The notes beneath the pieces were generated by a model, which ran no database searches, was not told where the DNA came from, and saw only the letters and a list, made by a program, of their open reading frames with translations. From Lachnospiraceae bacterium (GTDB lineage Bacteria > Bacillota > Clostridia > Lachnospirales > Lachnospiraceae), in NCBI GenBank assembly GCA_045591685.1, contig JAZNTK010000032.1, forward strand, positions 37,072-101,071: 64,000 nucleotides of DNA, read 5' to 3'. Positions 29,589 to 39,006 of this stretch are shown here, one piece after another; the first letter of the stretch is position 1, and the number at the start of each line of letters is the position of its first letter. Position numbers and translations under genes: made by a program.

Positions 29589-30128
29589 CTACTCATGAGG
29601 CACAAAGCCAATCTGATCAAAGGGATAAATTCTTACCCAGGCTCTGCCTATGATTTCATCTCTTCGGATATTGCCAACCATATAATCACGACTGTCCAAA
29701 GACTCATTTCGATTATCGCCAAGTACAAAATACTCATCCGGACCTAACGTAACCGGCTCTCTTGCCATTCCTGCACTTAAAATAACTTCTTTTCCGAAAT
29801 CTTCCTCCAGAAGTTCTTCATCAATATAAATTCTGCCTTCTTCGTCAATATAAACCGTCTCTCCCGGCAAACCAATGACTCTTTTTACCAAATAAATTCC
29901 GGAATCATAATGAGCCGGAAATACAATGACATCAAATCGCTCCGGATCATTGAATCGATAACTGATTTTATCAACAATTAAATTATCCCCGTGAAACAGG
30001 GTGTTTTCCATACTTTCACCGTCCACAACGGTACGTTGTCCGATAAAAGTAACGATAAAAAGTGATATTAGCAATGCAGCCAACAGTATCAAACTGGTTT
30101 GCAAGGCCTCTTTTAAAAACTTTTTCAT
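29589..30128 (-). CDS. lepB: Signal peptidase I
   Basis: TM segment, GESMENTL (catalytic Ser), VKRVIGLPG (Lys), GDNRNESLDSR. Confidence 0.95.
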   Translation of the reverse strand: MKKFLKEALQTSLILLAALLISLFIVTFIGQRTVVDGESMENTLFHGDNLIVDKISYRFNDPERFDVIVFPAHYDSGIYLVKRVIGLPGETVYIDEEGRIYIDEELLEEDFGKEVILSAGMAREPVTLGPDEYFVLGDNRNESLDSRDYMVGNIRRDEIIGRAWVRIYPFDQIGFVPHE

Positions 30129-30129
30129 T

Positions 30130-30969
30130 TTATGGTCTCTCCAAAGTAATCTTTCCTAATCTTCCGCTACGGAAATCATCCATAACAAGATTTGCTGCTT
30201 TACGGATATCAAGCTCCTCTCCTTTTAAAAAGCACTTGCGAGCTTTCGCAATTTCATGCAAATCCTTTACATGGTCATCTGTTTCTTCAATTTCGTATCG
30301 GTTTGCAAGCAAACCGGGGTAATGTTTTTTTAACAGTTCAATTAATGCTATCGCCAATTCATCCATCTGCAGCACTTCATCATTGATAGAACCGATTAAC
30401 GCAAGATACAAGCCAATCTGCTGGTCTTCAAACTTAGGCCATAAAATTCCGGGTGTATCCAGTAATTCCAGGGTTTTATTCATACGAATCCACTGTTTTC
30501 CTTTGGTCACTCCGGGTTTATTTCCGGTCTTTGTACAAGCCTTTCCTGCAAAAGAATTGATAAAAGTTGACTTGCCTACATTGGGAATACCGACTACCAT
30601 GGCACGCACTGGACGATTCAAAATACCTCTTTTACGGTCTCTTTCAATCTTTTCCTTGCAGACTTCCTGTACGGTCTTTTCAATCTGTTTAATTCCGCTG
30701 CCGCGCTGGGAATTGACTTCCACCACAAAGAAACCTTTTTCCTTAAAATATTCCATCCACTGCGCGTTACATTTCGGATCCGCTAAATCAGACTTATTTA
30801 AAAGTATCAGCCTGAATTTATTTTTACCCAATTCATCGATATCCGGATTACGGCTTGCAAGAGGTGTTCTCGCATCCACAAGCTCTATAATCAAATCGAT
30901 TAACTTAATATTCTCCTGCATCATACGCTTCGCTTTTGTCATATGACCGGGATACCACTGTACTATCAT
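30130..30969 (-). CDS. rbgA: Ribosome biogenesis GTPase RbgA/YlqF
   Basis: QWYPGHM, NKSD, GIPNVGKS, DTPG. Confidence 0.97.
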   Translation of the reverse strand: MIVQWYPGHMTKAKRMMQENIKLIDLIIELVDARTPLASRNPDIDELGKNKFRLILLNKSDLADPKCNAQWMEYFKEKGFFVVEVNSQRGSGIKQIEKTVQEVCKEKIERDRKRGILNRPVRAMVVGIPNVGKSTFINSFAGKACTKTGNKPGVTKGKQWIRMNKTLELLDTPGILWPKFEDQQIGLYLALIGSINDEVLQMDELAIALIELLKKHYPGLLANRYEIEETDDHVKDLHEIAKARKCFLKGEELDIRKAANLVMDDFRSGRLGKITLERP

Positions 30970-31011
30970 TTTATTTCCTCATTTCAATTTACTTATCGCA
31001 AAAAATATATA

Positions 31012-31602
31012 TTATCGGATAAATCCGATACCTACATCTTCTTTCGCAAGACAAAACCACGCCTGACCAATGATATAATCACGATGTACGGCACCTATAT
31101 TTCCGGAACGGCTGTCTTCACTGTTATTTCGGTTGTCCCCCAACACAAAGTATTCATCTTCGCCCAGAAGATAAGGTGTTTCTGCCAATCCTTCCGTTTC
31201 TATTTTATCGAAGGTATACTCATCCAACATAACACCATCAATATAAATCGCGCCGTTTCGAATCTGTACCGTTTCTCCGGGAAGCCCAATGACTCTCTTA
31301 ATATAATAGTGAGAATTCTCATTACCGTTTGGTTGAAAAACAATCACATCTCCACGTCCCGGTGACATTATCAAATAAGATAATTTATTAATAAAAACCT
31401 GTTGACTGTTATAAAGAGTTGGCTCCATAGACACGCCAATCATACTGGTTCGCATGCCAAAAATAAGTACAAAAACAAAAGCAACAAAGGATACTACAAA
31501 AATCCAGAACGCATAACTGAATACCTCTCGCCATGTTCCGGGTTTTATCTTTTCTTTTTTTTCATAAAAGGACAAACCTTTTCTTCTGCGTCTTGATGCC
31601 AT
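31012..31602 (-). CDS. lepB: Signal peptidase I (second paralog)
   Basis: GVSMEPTL, IKRVIGLPG, GDNRNNSEDSR. Confidence 0.95.
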   Translation of the reverse strand: MASRRRRKGLSFYEKKEKIKPGTWREVFSYAFWIFVVSFVAFVFVLIFGMRTSMIGVSMEPTLYNSQQVFINKLSYLIMSPGRGDVIVFQPNGNENSHYYIKRVIGLPGETVQIRNGAIYIDGVMLDEYTFDKIETEGLAETPYLLGEDEYFVLGDNRNNSEDSRSGNIGAVHRDYIIGQAWFCLAKEDVGIGFIR

Positions 31603-31718
31603 CACACAACTCCGCCATTTAAACATAATAATACAAATATATTATATCGCAAAACAACACAAGGTACAAGTCAAGAGACTGAAATCTGCCATAACATTTT
31701 CTGCTTTGTTTTACGTAT

Positions 31719-31750
31719 AAAAAAAGAGCAATTCCAAACGGAACTGCTCT
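31719..31750 (-). terminator. Intrinsic terminator after rplS
   Basis: Minus strand AGAGCAGTTCC-GTTT-GGAATTGCTCT-TTTTTT. Confidence 0.85.
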
Positions 31751-31761
31751 GAAAAGTCATA

Positions 31762-32109
31762 TTATCTGATTTTTTCTTTAACTTTAGCCTTCTTACCAAC
31801 GCGGTCTCTTAAGTAGTTAAGTTTTGCTCTTCTTACTTTACCTTCGCGTACTACTTCAACCTTTTCTACGTTAGGTGAGTGCATAGGCCATGTCTTTTCT
31901 ACACCAACACCGTTAGAGAACTTTCTAACTGTGAAAGTCTGACGGTTGCTACCGCCCTGAATCTTTAATACGGTACCTTCGAAAACCTGAATTCTTTCGC
32001 GGTTACCTTCCTTGATTTTACCGTGTACTCTTACGGTATCACCAACGTTGAATGCAGGAACTTCAGCTTTTAACTGTGCCTGTTCGATTTCTTTAATAAT
32101 TTCGCTCAT
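31762..32109 (-). CDS. rplS: 50S ribosomal protein L19
   Basis: [23 protein letters not shown]...[12 protein letters not shown]. Confidence 0.99.
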   Translation of the reverse strand: MSEIIKEIEQAQLKAEVPAFNVGDTVRVHGKIKEGNRERIQVFEGTVLKIQGGSNRQTFTVRKFSNGVGVEKTWPMHSPNVEKVEVVREGKVRRAKLNYLRDRVGKKAKVKEKIR

Positions 32110-32131
32110 TTTATAAGCCTCCTTCTTTTCA

Positions 32132-32174
32132 TCGGACGTTCTTGATACCGAAATTGGTAGCAGCGGACCATCTC
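32132..32174 (-). promoter_or_regulatory. L19 leader (ribosomal protein autoregulatory RNA)
   Basis: Minus strand GATGGTCCGCTG-CTACC-loop-GGTA-TCAAGAACGTCC resembles the Firmicutes L19 leader (GAUGUUCCGCUG...AAGAGCAUC); TTGCAA-N17-TAGATT promoter at 32222-32194. Confidence 0.75.
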
Positions 32175-32212
32175 TTTACTTCGCAACAGATATAATCTAA
32201 CATAAAATATTC

Positions 32213-34240
32213 TTAATTGCAAGCTTTTTTTGATTTCTTTAACAGTAAAATACCCAAAGATGTAAAAACAATACCCAATCCAATTAAAAGCAAGGTATCT
32301 CCTACTCCATAGGTTTCTTTTCCAAGTATCGGAATCTTAGTTACCAGTTCCGGATTATACTGGAATATGACAGATAATCCGTTATTGATAAAATGCATAA
32401 TTGCACCAATCCAGATACTGCCGGATTTATATGCAACATATGCCAAACCAATACCCATCATAGTACCGCCTACAAATTGTAACAGGTTCATGTGATACGC
32501 ACCAAACAGCACTGCCGAAACTACTATTGCAACCCATGGTTTATATTTATCTTTTAAGGTTCCGAACAAAAATCCTCTAAAAGCAAATTCCTCTGCAATC
32601 GCGGGGCAGATTCCTACCACAATAAAGGCTGATACAAAACCGGCGTCCACAATGATGGAGTTCAATGCTTCTGAAGTTTCCACAAGGCTTGGGAACCATT
32701 CGGCAAGACTTACCAAAACAATCTGTTCCAACAGCCAAATGCCGAGCCACATGCAGATACCGCCCAACACATGCTTTATATGCGGTACTTTTAAGGAAAA
32801 CAGCTTCTTAAAATCAGCCTTCATATACCAAGCATAAAATACAGGCACGGCCAAAATAATCAACTGCACAAGCCCTGTTCCCCAGATTCCTAAGCGGAAT
32901 ACCAGCGATGAACTTAAATAAATCATCAGCAACAACAGCAATCCAAACATCAAAATGGTATCGCCGACTCCGGGCATCTGCTTCTCTTTCATATTGGAGC
33001 GTTTCTCCAGGAATTTAATCCCTCTAAATCCTTCGCCGAATAATACATCCTCGCTTGAAAACAGCTTAGACATCAACATCACCGCCGCAATACTGTATAC
33101 CAGATTGGACAACAGTACCAAAACAATATTGCTCCAGTCAAACTGTAACTCAAAAATTGCTTTTATAAAAAGAGCAACGTTAACAATGGGAATCAGTGCA
33201 GTTTTGGTGGTTAACGTCAAATTCGGAAGCATACCTGCCATGGAAGCAAACATAAATACCAAAAGTACAGGAGTACTGTAGTTGTTGGCTTCCTTGAAGC
33301 TCTTTGCAAAAATACATATGCTTAAACATACTGCGGACGCAAACATAGAGAAAATCGGCATACAGATTAATAACCCAATCACGGAAGGGATAAACTGTAA
33401 AAGATTCATTTCTCCGAATGCAGTATTCGCCAGTTGCATGGAATCATACATATATAAGCCAACCAACAGCATGGATAACATATTAAGAAATGCCGACATG
33501 ACTGCAATTGTGGATACTGCCATGAACTTACTAAACATCATCTCGCTGTTTTTAACAGGTAAGGTCATCATGGTTTCTAAAGTTCCTCGTTCCCGCTCTC
33601 CTGCGGTAACATCAATAGCCGGATAAATAGCACCCATTAAGATACTGGTTATCAGCATAAAAGGAATAATATAGCCAAACAGGGAACCTGTTGATTCTTC
33701 GATGGACGCAATATTACGATTCTCCACTACGATAGGGTTCAAAACCTGCTCATAATCATCAAACATTTCTGCAATCTGTTCATTACGGAGCGTGTCCCGA
33801 TAGCCCCTTAAGATTTCTTCTGCATAGTCACTGGCAGAAACCGAATCCATTACGGACGAAAAATATCCGACCTCATAAACGCTTCTGCCGTCTTCTGCCT
33901 CGGAAACCGCTATAAATGTATCAATTTGCTTATCATTTAAAGCAACTTCACACGCCTCAATACTTGGATACACCGCTACGTCAAAGAAATATTCGTATTC
34001 ATCTTCTTCATCCAAAAGTAAGGCTTCGATCGTTTCGGCTTCCTCACACTGTACAATACCTACCTGATATGTCTTCTCCAGGCTTTCTTGATTAATACTG
34101 CTCATAATCAGCATCATTCCAAGCATCATACAGGGATACAGAAATAAAGGAACCAATACCATAATAATCATAGTCTTTTTATCACGGAAAATATCCAGCA
34201 TTTCTTTTTTATAAAGAGAAAAAACCGTTTTTTTATTCAT
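32213..34240 (-). CDS. NatB-like ABC-2 permease fused to a CPBP intramembrane protease
   Basis: YKKEMLDIFRDKK, AGERERGTLE; C-terminal EEFAFRG, FGAYH, HFINN. Confidence 0.9.
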   Translation of the reverse strand: MNKKTVFSLYKKEMLDIFRDKKTMIIMVLVPLFLYPCMMLGMMLIMSSINQESLEKTYQVGIVQCEEAETIEALLLDEEDEYEYFFDVAVYPSIEACEVALNDKQIDTFIAVSEAEDGRSVYEVGYFSSVMDSVSASDYAEEILRGYRDTLRNEQIAEMFDDYEQVLNPIVVENRNIASIEESTGSLFGYIIPFMLITSILMGAIYPAIDVTAGERERGTLETMMTLPVKNSEMMFSKFMAVSTIAVMSAFLNMLSMLLVGLYMYDSMQLANTAFGEMNLLQFIPSVIGLLICMPIFSMFASAVCLSICIFAKSFKEANNYSTPVLLVFMFASMAGMLPNLTLTTKTALIPIVNVALFIKAIFELQFDWSNIVLVLLSNLVYSIAAVMLMSKLFSSEDVLFGEGFRGIKFLEKRSNMKEKQMPGVGDTILMFGLLLLLMIYLSSSLVFRLGIWGTGLVQLIILAVPVFYAWYMKADFKKLFSLKVPHIKHVLGGICMWLGIWLLEQIVLVSLAEWFPSLVETSEALNSIIVDAGFVSAFIVVGICPAIAEEFAFRGFLFGTLKDKYKPWVAIVVSAVLFGAYHMNLLQFVGGTMMGIGLAYVAYKSGSIWIGAIMHFINNGLSVIFQYNPELVTKIPILGKETYGVGDTLLLIGLGIVFTSLGILLLKKSKKACN

Positions 34241-35036
34241 CGCACGCTTCCTCCTCTTTTATCAGACTCCGGAAGGTATCCCTAAGATTATCTGTCTGTG
34301 TAACTTCCATTAACTCCTTGGGTGTTCCTGTAGCAATTACCTTGCCCTTATATAACATTACAATCCGATCACATAAATACTGTGCTTCTTCCATGTAATG
34401 TGTGGAATAAAGAACCGTTTTACCCTTCTCTTTTTCCTTTTTCATAAAAGAAACAATAGCCTCACTGCTTAAAATATCCAATCCCAAAGTAGGCTCATCA
34501 AAAATGTAAACTTCCGGATTGTGAATCAAACATCTTGCAATATTGGCTCTCTGGGTCTGACCGGTAGAAAGCTTCTCAATGCGGTTATCTCCAAAGCTTT
34601 CCATATCAAGCACTTTGAATATTTCATCGATACGTGCCTCGCAGGTTTCTTTATCCAAACCGTAAACATCTCCGAACACACGAAGCATCTCACGAATGCT
34701 TAAGCGTTGATATAACTTGGTATTGCCTGACAAATAGCCTATTTTTTGCTTCTTTTCAATGACTGAAGTCACTTCATTTCCTTCCAAATCCGTCAGCAAA
34801 ACCTCGCCTTCCGTAGGTGTCATTAAGTTCCCGAGCATACGAAGCACCGTGGTCTTTCCGGCTCCGTTCGGGCCTAAAAGTCCCAGGATTTCGCCCGGTT
34901 TTGCTTCAAAATTCACATGATCCACCGCATAAAACTCTTCCTTGGTGGCTACATTCTTTTTCATTCCCTTTTTCTTTGCAATATTTCTTACAAAGACCTT
35001 ACACAAATCTTTCGCAGCTATCATTTTATACTCCAA
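34233..35036 (-). CDS. NatA-like ABC transporter ATP-binding protein
   Basis: GPNGAGKTT, LSTGQTQR, FDEPT, STHYMEEA; overlaps the permease start. Confidence 0.92.
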   Translation of the reverse strand: MEYKMIAAKDLCKVFVRNIAKKKGMKKNVATKEEFYAVDHVNFEAKPGEILGLLGPNGAGKTTVLRMLGNLMTPTEGEVLLTDLEGNEVTSVIEKKQKIGYLSGNTKLYQRLSIREMLRVFGDVYGLDKETCEARIDEIFKVLDMESFGDNRIEKLSTGQTQRANIARCLIHNPEVYIFDEPTLGLDILSSEAIVSFMKKEKEKGKTVLYSTHYMEEAQYLCDRIVMLYKGKVIATGTPKELMEVTQTDNLRDTFRSLIKEEEACDE

Positions 35037-35052
35037 TCAGCCTTCTGCTGTT

Positions 35053-35853
35053 TTATGTAGCAGATAGTTCCTCATTATTTTCCTGACTGCTTGTTACTTT
35101 CTTCTTTCTACGCTTCTTCTTAGGCGGATGCTCTCTTAAATAGGCTTCCAGTTCCTCAATGTACTTCTCATACATGTCAGGACGCTTTACCTTGGTACGC
35201 TCAACAGCCTGTTCCTTACGCCATGCGGCAATGTTTGCATGATGACCGCTAAGTAAAACATCCGGAACCTTTTTATCATGCCAGACTTCGGGTCTTGTGT
35301 ATTGAGGATACTCCAATAAATTTCCTGCAAAAGACTCGTCGTTTGCAGACTCATCATTATTCAGTACTCCCGGAATCAGTCTTGCTACCGTATCAATAAT
35401 TACCATAGCAGGCAATTCACCGCCGGTTAACACATAATCCCCAATAGATAATTCATCCGTCACGATTTCTTCCAGTACTCTTTCATCAATACCTTCGTAA
35501 TGTCCGCAAAGAAAAATCAATTCTTCTTCCTGTGCCAGTTCCTGGGCAATCTCCTGCTTAAATGTTCTGCCTTGCGGCGTCATAAAAATAACGCGCGGGG
35601 GCTTTTTACCCTGTTCCTCATGTTCTTTTACCAAAGACTTATAGGCGTCATATACGGGTTGTGCCTGCATTAACATACCGGCACCGCCACCATAAGGATA
35701 ATCATCCACTTTGTTATGCTTATCCAAAGTATAATCCCTGATATTTACGGCATTAATGGATAAATGCCCGGCCTCGGCCGCTCTTTTTATAATACTGTTA
35801 TTTAAACCCTGTTCAATCATTTCCGGAAACAGGGTCAGTATATGAAATTTCAT
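35053..35853 (-). CDS. trmD: tRNA (guanine37-N1)-methyltransferase
   Basis: VDDYPYGGGAGM, CGHYEGIDER, SIGDYVLTGGE, YPQYTRP. Confidence 0.98.
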   Translation of the reverse strand: MKFHILTLFPEMIEQGLNNSIIKRAAEAGHLSINAVNIRDYTLDKHNKVDDYPYGGGAGMLMQAQPVYDAYKSLVKEHEEQGKKPPRVIFMTPQGRTFKQEIAQELAQEEELIFLCGHYEGIDERVLEEIVTDELSIGDYVLTGGELPAMVIIDTVARLIPGVLNNDESANDESFAGNLLEYPQYTRPEVWHDKKVPDVLLSGHHANIAAWRKEQAVERTKVKRPDMYEKYIEELEAYLREHPPKKKRRKKKVTSSQENNEELSAT

Positions 35854-35863
35854 TCTTTTCTCC

Positions 35864-36373
35864 TTAATCCAAAAGTCCGTCCATCACATGCACCAGAACT
35901 TCTCCGGCTTCCACATCAACCTTTAAGACACATTCCTTAATGGCAGGCAGTAAGACCTCCTTACCGTCTTCCATTTCTACAATATATACGTCGTTAGCTC
36001 CGGTCTGTAAGACATCTTTTAAAATACCCAATGTCTTCTCTTCGTCTGTTATCACCTTCAAACCGATTAAATCTGCGATAAAATACTCATCCTTTCGTAA
36101 TTTTACTGCATTCTGACGGTCTACCAAGAGGCTCTTCTGACGAAACTGCTCCACATCATTGATATTGTCATATTCTTTGAATTTTAAAATTACAAACTGC
36201 TTAAAAAATTTAACGGATTCCGGATGAAGCGTCAGCTTCTCTTTGCCGGCATCAAGATATACTTCTTTTAATTTTTTAAAACGGTTTACATCATCCGTGG
36301 TCGGAAAAACCTTTACTTCTCCTTTGATACCATGGGTAGATGAAATTACTCCAATCTGCAAAAAATCTTCCAT
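35864..36373 (-). CDS. rimM: Ribosome maturation factor RimM
   Basis: THGIKGEVKV, YFIADLIG, TGANDVY. Confidence 0.97.
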   Translation of the reverse strand: MEDFLQIGVISSTHGIKGEVKVFPTTDDVNRFKKLKEVYLDAGKEKLTLHPESVKFFKQFVILKFKEYDNINDVEQFRQKSLLVDRQNAVKLRKDEYFIADLIGLKVITDEEKTLGILKDVLQTGANDVYIVEMEDGKEVLLPAIKECVLKVDVEAGEVLVHVMDGLLD

Positions 36374-36432
36374 TTTCTCTCCTTTTATATCTCTATTACT
36401 ACTTTACAATAAAATATTTCGAAGCACATAAC

Positions 36433-38313
36433 CTATAATATCAAACCGAATAACATCGCAAAAATAACCGTAACCACAGCAAATACTGCCGTTGTCCAAT
36501 ATAGCACTTTGGTTTTCTTTGATACTTCTTCGTTTCGTCCGCTTTTATAAAAGAACCATAAATAAATAACAGACATTACACTTCCGAGCCAATACATCAT
36601 TGACGTGGCACTGATGGAATTTGCCGGCGAATATGCCAATGCAGACATTGCCATAAATGCAAAAATCAAGCTAAACAATGTAACATTCAAACACTGGATA
36701 TAATGATATTTTCTAAACTTGGACGGCTCTAATTTTTCCTTACTGAATTTGCGCATGATAAAACCAAATACGGCTACCAGAACAACCAACGAAGAGTAAA
36801 AATAGCCTGCCAACATTACAAAAAATGCAATTACCTGTGCAAAATAAGTAAATGCAGAATACGATACATAATCCTGCATCGGAAGCATAATTACGGTAGT
36901 TCCGTCATTGTATGCATGAAGATTACCGAGACTTCCATCCGATGAAAGCACATGTTCTTCATCAATAATCTTAAACATGGCAGAATTTCCAAACATAGGC
37001 ATTACCAATGTATTATTTTCACCTAATGTAAGAAACATTGCCGATAATACTGCATTGAACGTTAATTTGCCATCCACGGTTGCATTTCCGGGTACATAAA
37101 CACCTTCATATACTCTGAGTCCGCTTAATTCCTCGGTTATATTGATTTCTGTCGCTCCAAAAACAGTTTCTGCAACAAACTTGCTTAAAACATTTTCATT
37201 ATACTGATTTGTCATATAGGTCAGACAGGTCTTAGTCTCCGGCTCCATAAATACCAAAGCTGTCTGGGTTGCTGAGTTTCCATCTACACCATATACCGGA
37301 ACACCAAAACGATATACAAACATACCATGCGCAATTCGTGCTTCTTCAGAATCTGTATAAGATAAAGTAGTATCAAACAGGGTTTCTGCCGTTTCCGCTT
37401 TGTCAAAAAGAACAGACTCCCCACTCTGCTTTAATAATTCACAGGCAAACATATGAAAATCATCTGCTGTTCCTGTAACCATGCCCGCAGGATACAAAGG
37501 AATATAATAAAAATTGGTAGCAAACGCCATAGAACCCTGATATGATTTTACCTCTCCGCGGGCATTCATTACCCATTCATTGTCCGACAAATCAGGTAAT
37601 AATGCGGTGTGCTCCATCTCAAGAGGTGCAAAAATCTCTTGCTTCACATATTCTGCATAGTCCATTCCGGAAGTGTATTCCACAATGTAAGCTGCCAACG
37701 CCACAGGCCAATCTGCAATAGATACAACACTGCCCGCCGCATATACCTGCTTAGGAATATTATTTGTCAAAGTCTCCTCTAAAGTTCCGTATGCCGCACC
37801 CTCCGGTACAATTTTTTCAGACAGATTATCCTGTAAACCGGACGAATAATTCATCAAGTGCATCAATGTAATGCCACTTTCTGTTAATTCTTCCTTCAAA
37901 TCACCTTCCGGCAACAATTCACTCACTTCTGTGTCTAAATCAACAAGCCCTTCTTCTGCAAGCTGTAATACACTGACCCAGACAAGAAGTTGCGATGCCG
38001 TACCCCACTCAAATACAGTTTCTTCCGATACCAAAAGACTATTTTCACGATCGGCAAATCCAAAATCCGTATTATAAATGCACTCATCTTCCACTGAAAT
38101 TCTGACTGCACCTCCTAATACGGAAGTTGTCATATCTTTCATCTTTTCATTAATTTCTTCATCCAATAATAATCTAACTTCAAACAAATCCAATCCGGAA
38201 GGTACAACAGTATCTTCCTGTGCTTTTACTTCAAACGGCATTGCAAAAATCATTACCGCTATTATAAAACTCACAGACAATGCAATATATTTTTTTACCT
38301 GATTATGCTTCAT
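36433..38313 (-). CDS. Exported beta-lactamase-fold (serine hydrolase) protein with four C-terminal TM helices; catalytic motifs degenerate
   Basis: Signal peptide; fold motifs FGFADRE, ITLMHLMNYSSG, IFAPLEMEHT, PAG present, but the SxxK position reads TASQ, YxN reads IAD and HxG reads VDG. Confidence 0.85.
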   Translation of the reverse strand: MKHNQVKKYIALSVSFIIAVMIFAMPFEVKAQEDTVVPSGLDLFEVRLLLDEEINEKMKDMTTSVLGGAVRISVEDECIYNTDFGFADRENSLLVSEETVFEWGTASQLLVWVSVLQLAEEGLVDLDTEVSELLPEGDLKEELTESGITLMHLMNYSSGLQDNLSEKIVPEGAAYGTLEETLTNNIPKQVYAAGSVVSIADWPVALAAYIVEYTSGMDYAEYVKQEIFAPLEMEHTALLPDLSDNEWVMNARGEVKSYQGSMAFATNFYYIPLYPAGMVTGTADDFHMFACELLKQSGESVLFDKAETAETLFDTTLSYTDSEEARIAHGMFVYRFGVPVYGVDGNSATQTALVFMEPETKTCLTYMTNQYNENVLSKFVAETVFGATEINITEELSGLRVYEGVYVPGNATVDGKLTFNAVLSAMFLTLGENNTLVMPMFGNSAMFKIIDEEHVLSSDGSLGNLHAYNDGTTVIMLPMQDYVSYSAFTYFAQVIAFFVMLAGYFYSSLVVLVAVFGFIMRKFSKEKLEPSKFRKYHYIQCLNVTLFSLIFAFMAMSALAYSPANSISATSMMYWLGSVMSVIYLWFFYKSGRNEEVSKKTKVLYWTTAVFAVVTVIFAMLFGLIL

Positions 38314-38354
38314 TTTTCTTTCCTCTTTTATTTATTTAAATATAACCAAGCCTA

Positions 38355-38383
38355 ATTTTATCATAAACTCAAGTTATGGTAAA
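38355..38383 (-). promoter_or_regulatory. sigmaA promoter for the hydrolase-rimM-trmD-natAB unit
   Basis: TTTACC-N17-TAAAAT with an extended TG, just downstream of the khpA terminator. Confidence 0.6.
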
Positions 38384-38398
38384 TATATGAAAATGCAC

Positions 38399-38432
38399 AA
38401 AAATAAGCGGTACCCTTTCGGATACCGCCTTT
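38399..38432 (-). terminator. Intrinsic terminator after khpA
   Basis: Minus strand GGCGGTATCC-GAAA-GGGTACCGCT-TATTTTT. Confidence 0.8.
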
Positions 38433-38434
38433 CT

Positions 38435-38662
38435 TTAAATAATATCTACATCTACTCGGATGTCTTCTTTTGTTGATGCTGCTTTTACTACGCAACGAAT
38501 TGCTTTTGCAATACGTCCCTGCTTACCGATTACCTTACCCATATCAGAGGGAGCAACATGAAGTTCAAGCTTTACATTCTTTCCTTCGCTCTTTTCTTCT
38601 ACGGTTACTTCATCGGGATTATCAACGAGAGCTTTTGCAATTACCTCTACTAATTCTTTCAT
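38435..38662 (-). CDS. khpA: KH-domain RNA-binding protein KhpA (YlqC)
   Basis: LVDNPD, DMGKVIGKQGRIAKAIR; follows rpsP. Confidence 0.95.
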   Translation of the reverse strand: MKELVEVIAKALVDNPDEVTVEEKSEGKNVKLELHVAPSDMGKVIGKQGRIAKAIRCVVKAASTKEDIRVDVDII

Positions 38663-38692
38663 AATCCACCTCCAAAAGTGTTATGAGAAGTC

Positions 38693-38938
38693 TTATTTCT
38701 CAATACCTGCAAGCTTGAAAATCTTGCTAACAACTTCTGTAGGCTGAGCACCGTTTGCAAGCCACTTCTTTGCAAGTTCTTCATTTACCTTGAATTCACT
38801 GGGATCTGTGTTAGGGTTGTATGTTCCGATTTCTTCGATGCACTTACCATCTCTGGGTGATCTTGAATCTGCTACAACGATTCTGTAAATAGGGTTTCTC
38901 TTGTATCCCATTCTTCTTAATCTGATCTTTACTGCCAT
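38693..38938 (-). CDS. rpsP: 30S ribosomal protein S16
   Basis: [11 protein letters not shown]...[14 protein letters not shown]...GAQPT. Confidence 0.99.
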   Translation of the reverse strand: MAVKIRLRRMGYKRNPIYRIVVADSRSPRDGKCIEEIGTYNPNTDPSEFKVNEELAKKWLANGAQPTEVVSKIFKLAGIEK

Positions 38939-39006
38939 TTCTCTTTACCTCCAAATGTGTAACTTAAAATTAATATATTGTTTGTAAGGGCAATGCCCTT
39001 TTTATG

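Noticed and set aside
29589-31602. Two lepB paralogues as a recent duplication or mobile insertion
   Set aside because: The copies are clearly diverged, and signal peptidase genes beside rplS-rbgA are ordinary in clostridia.
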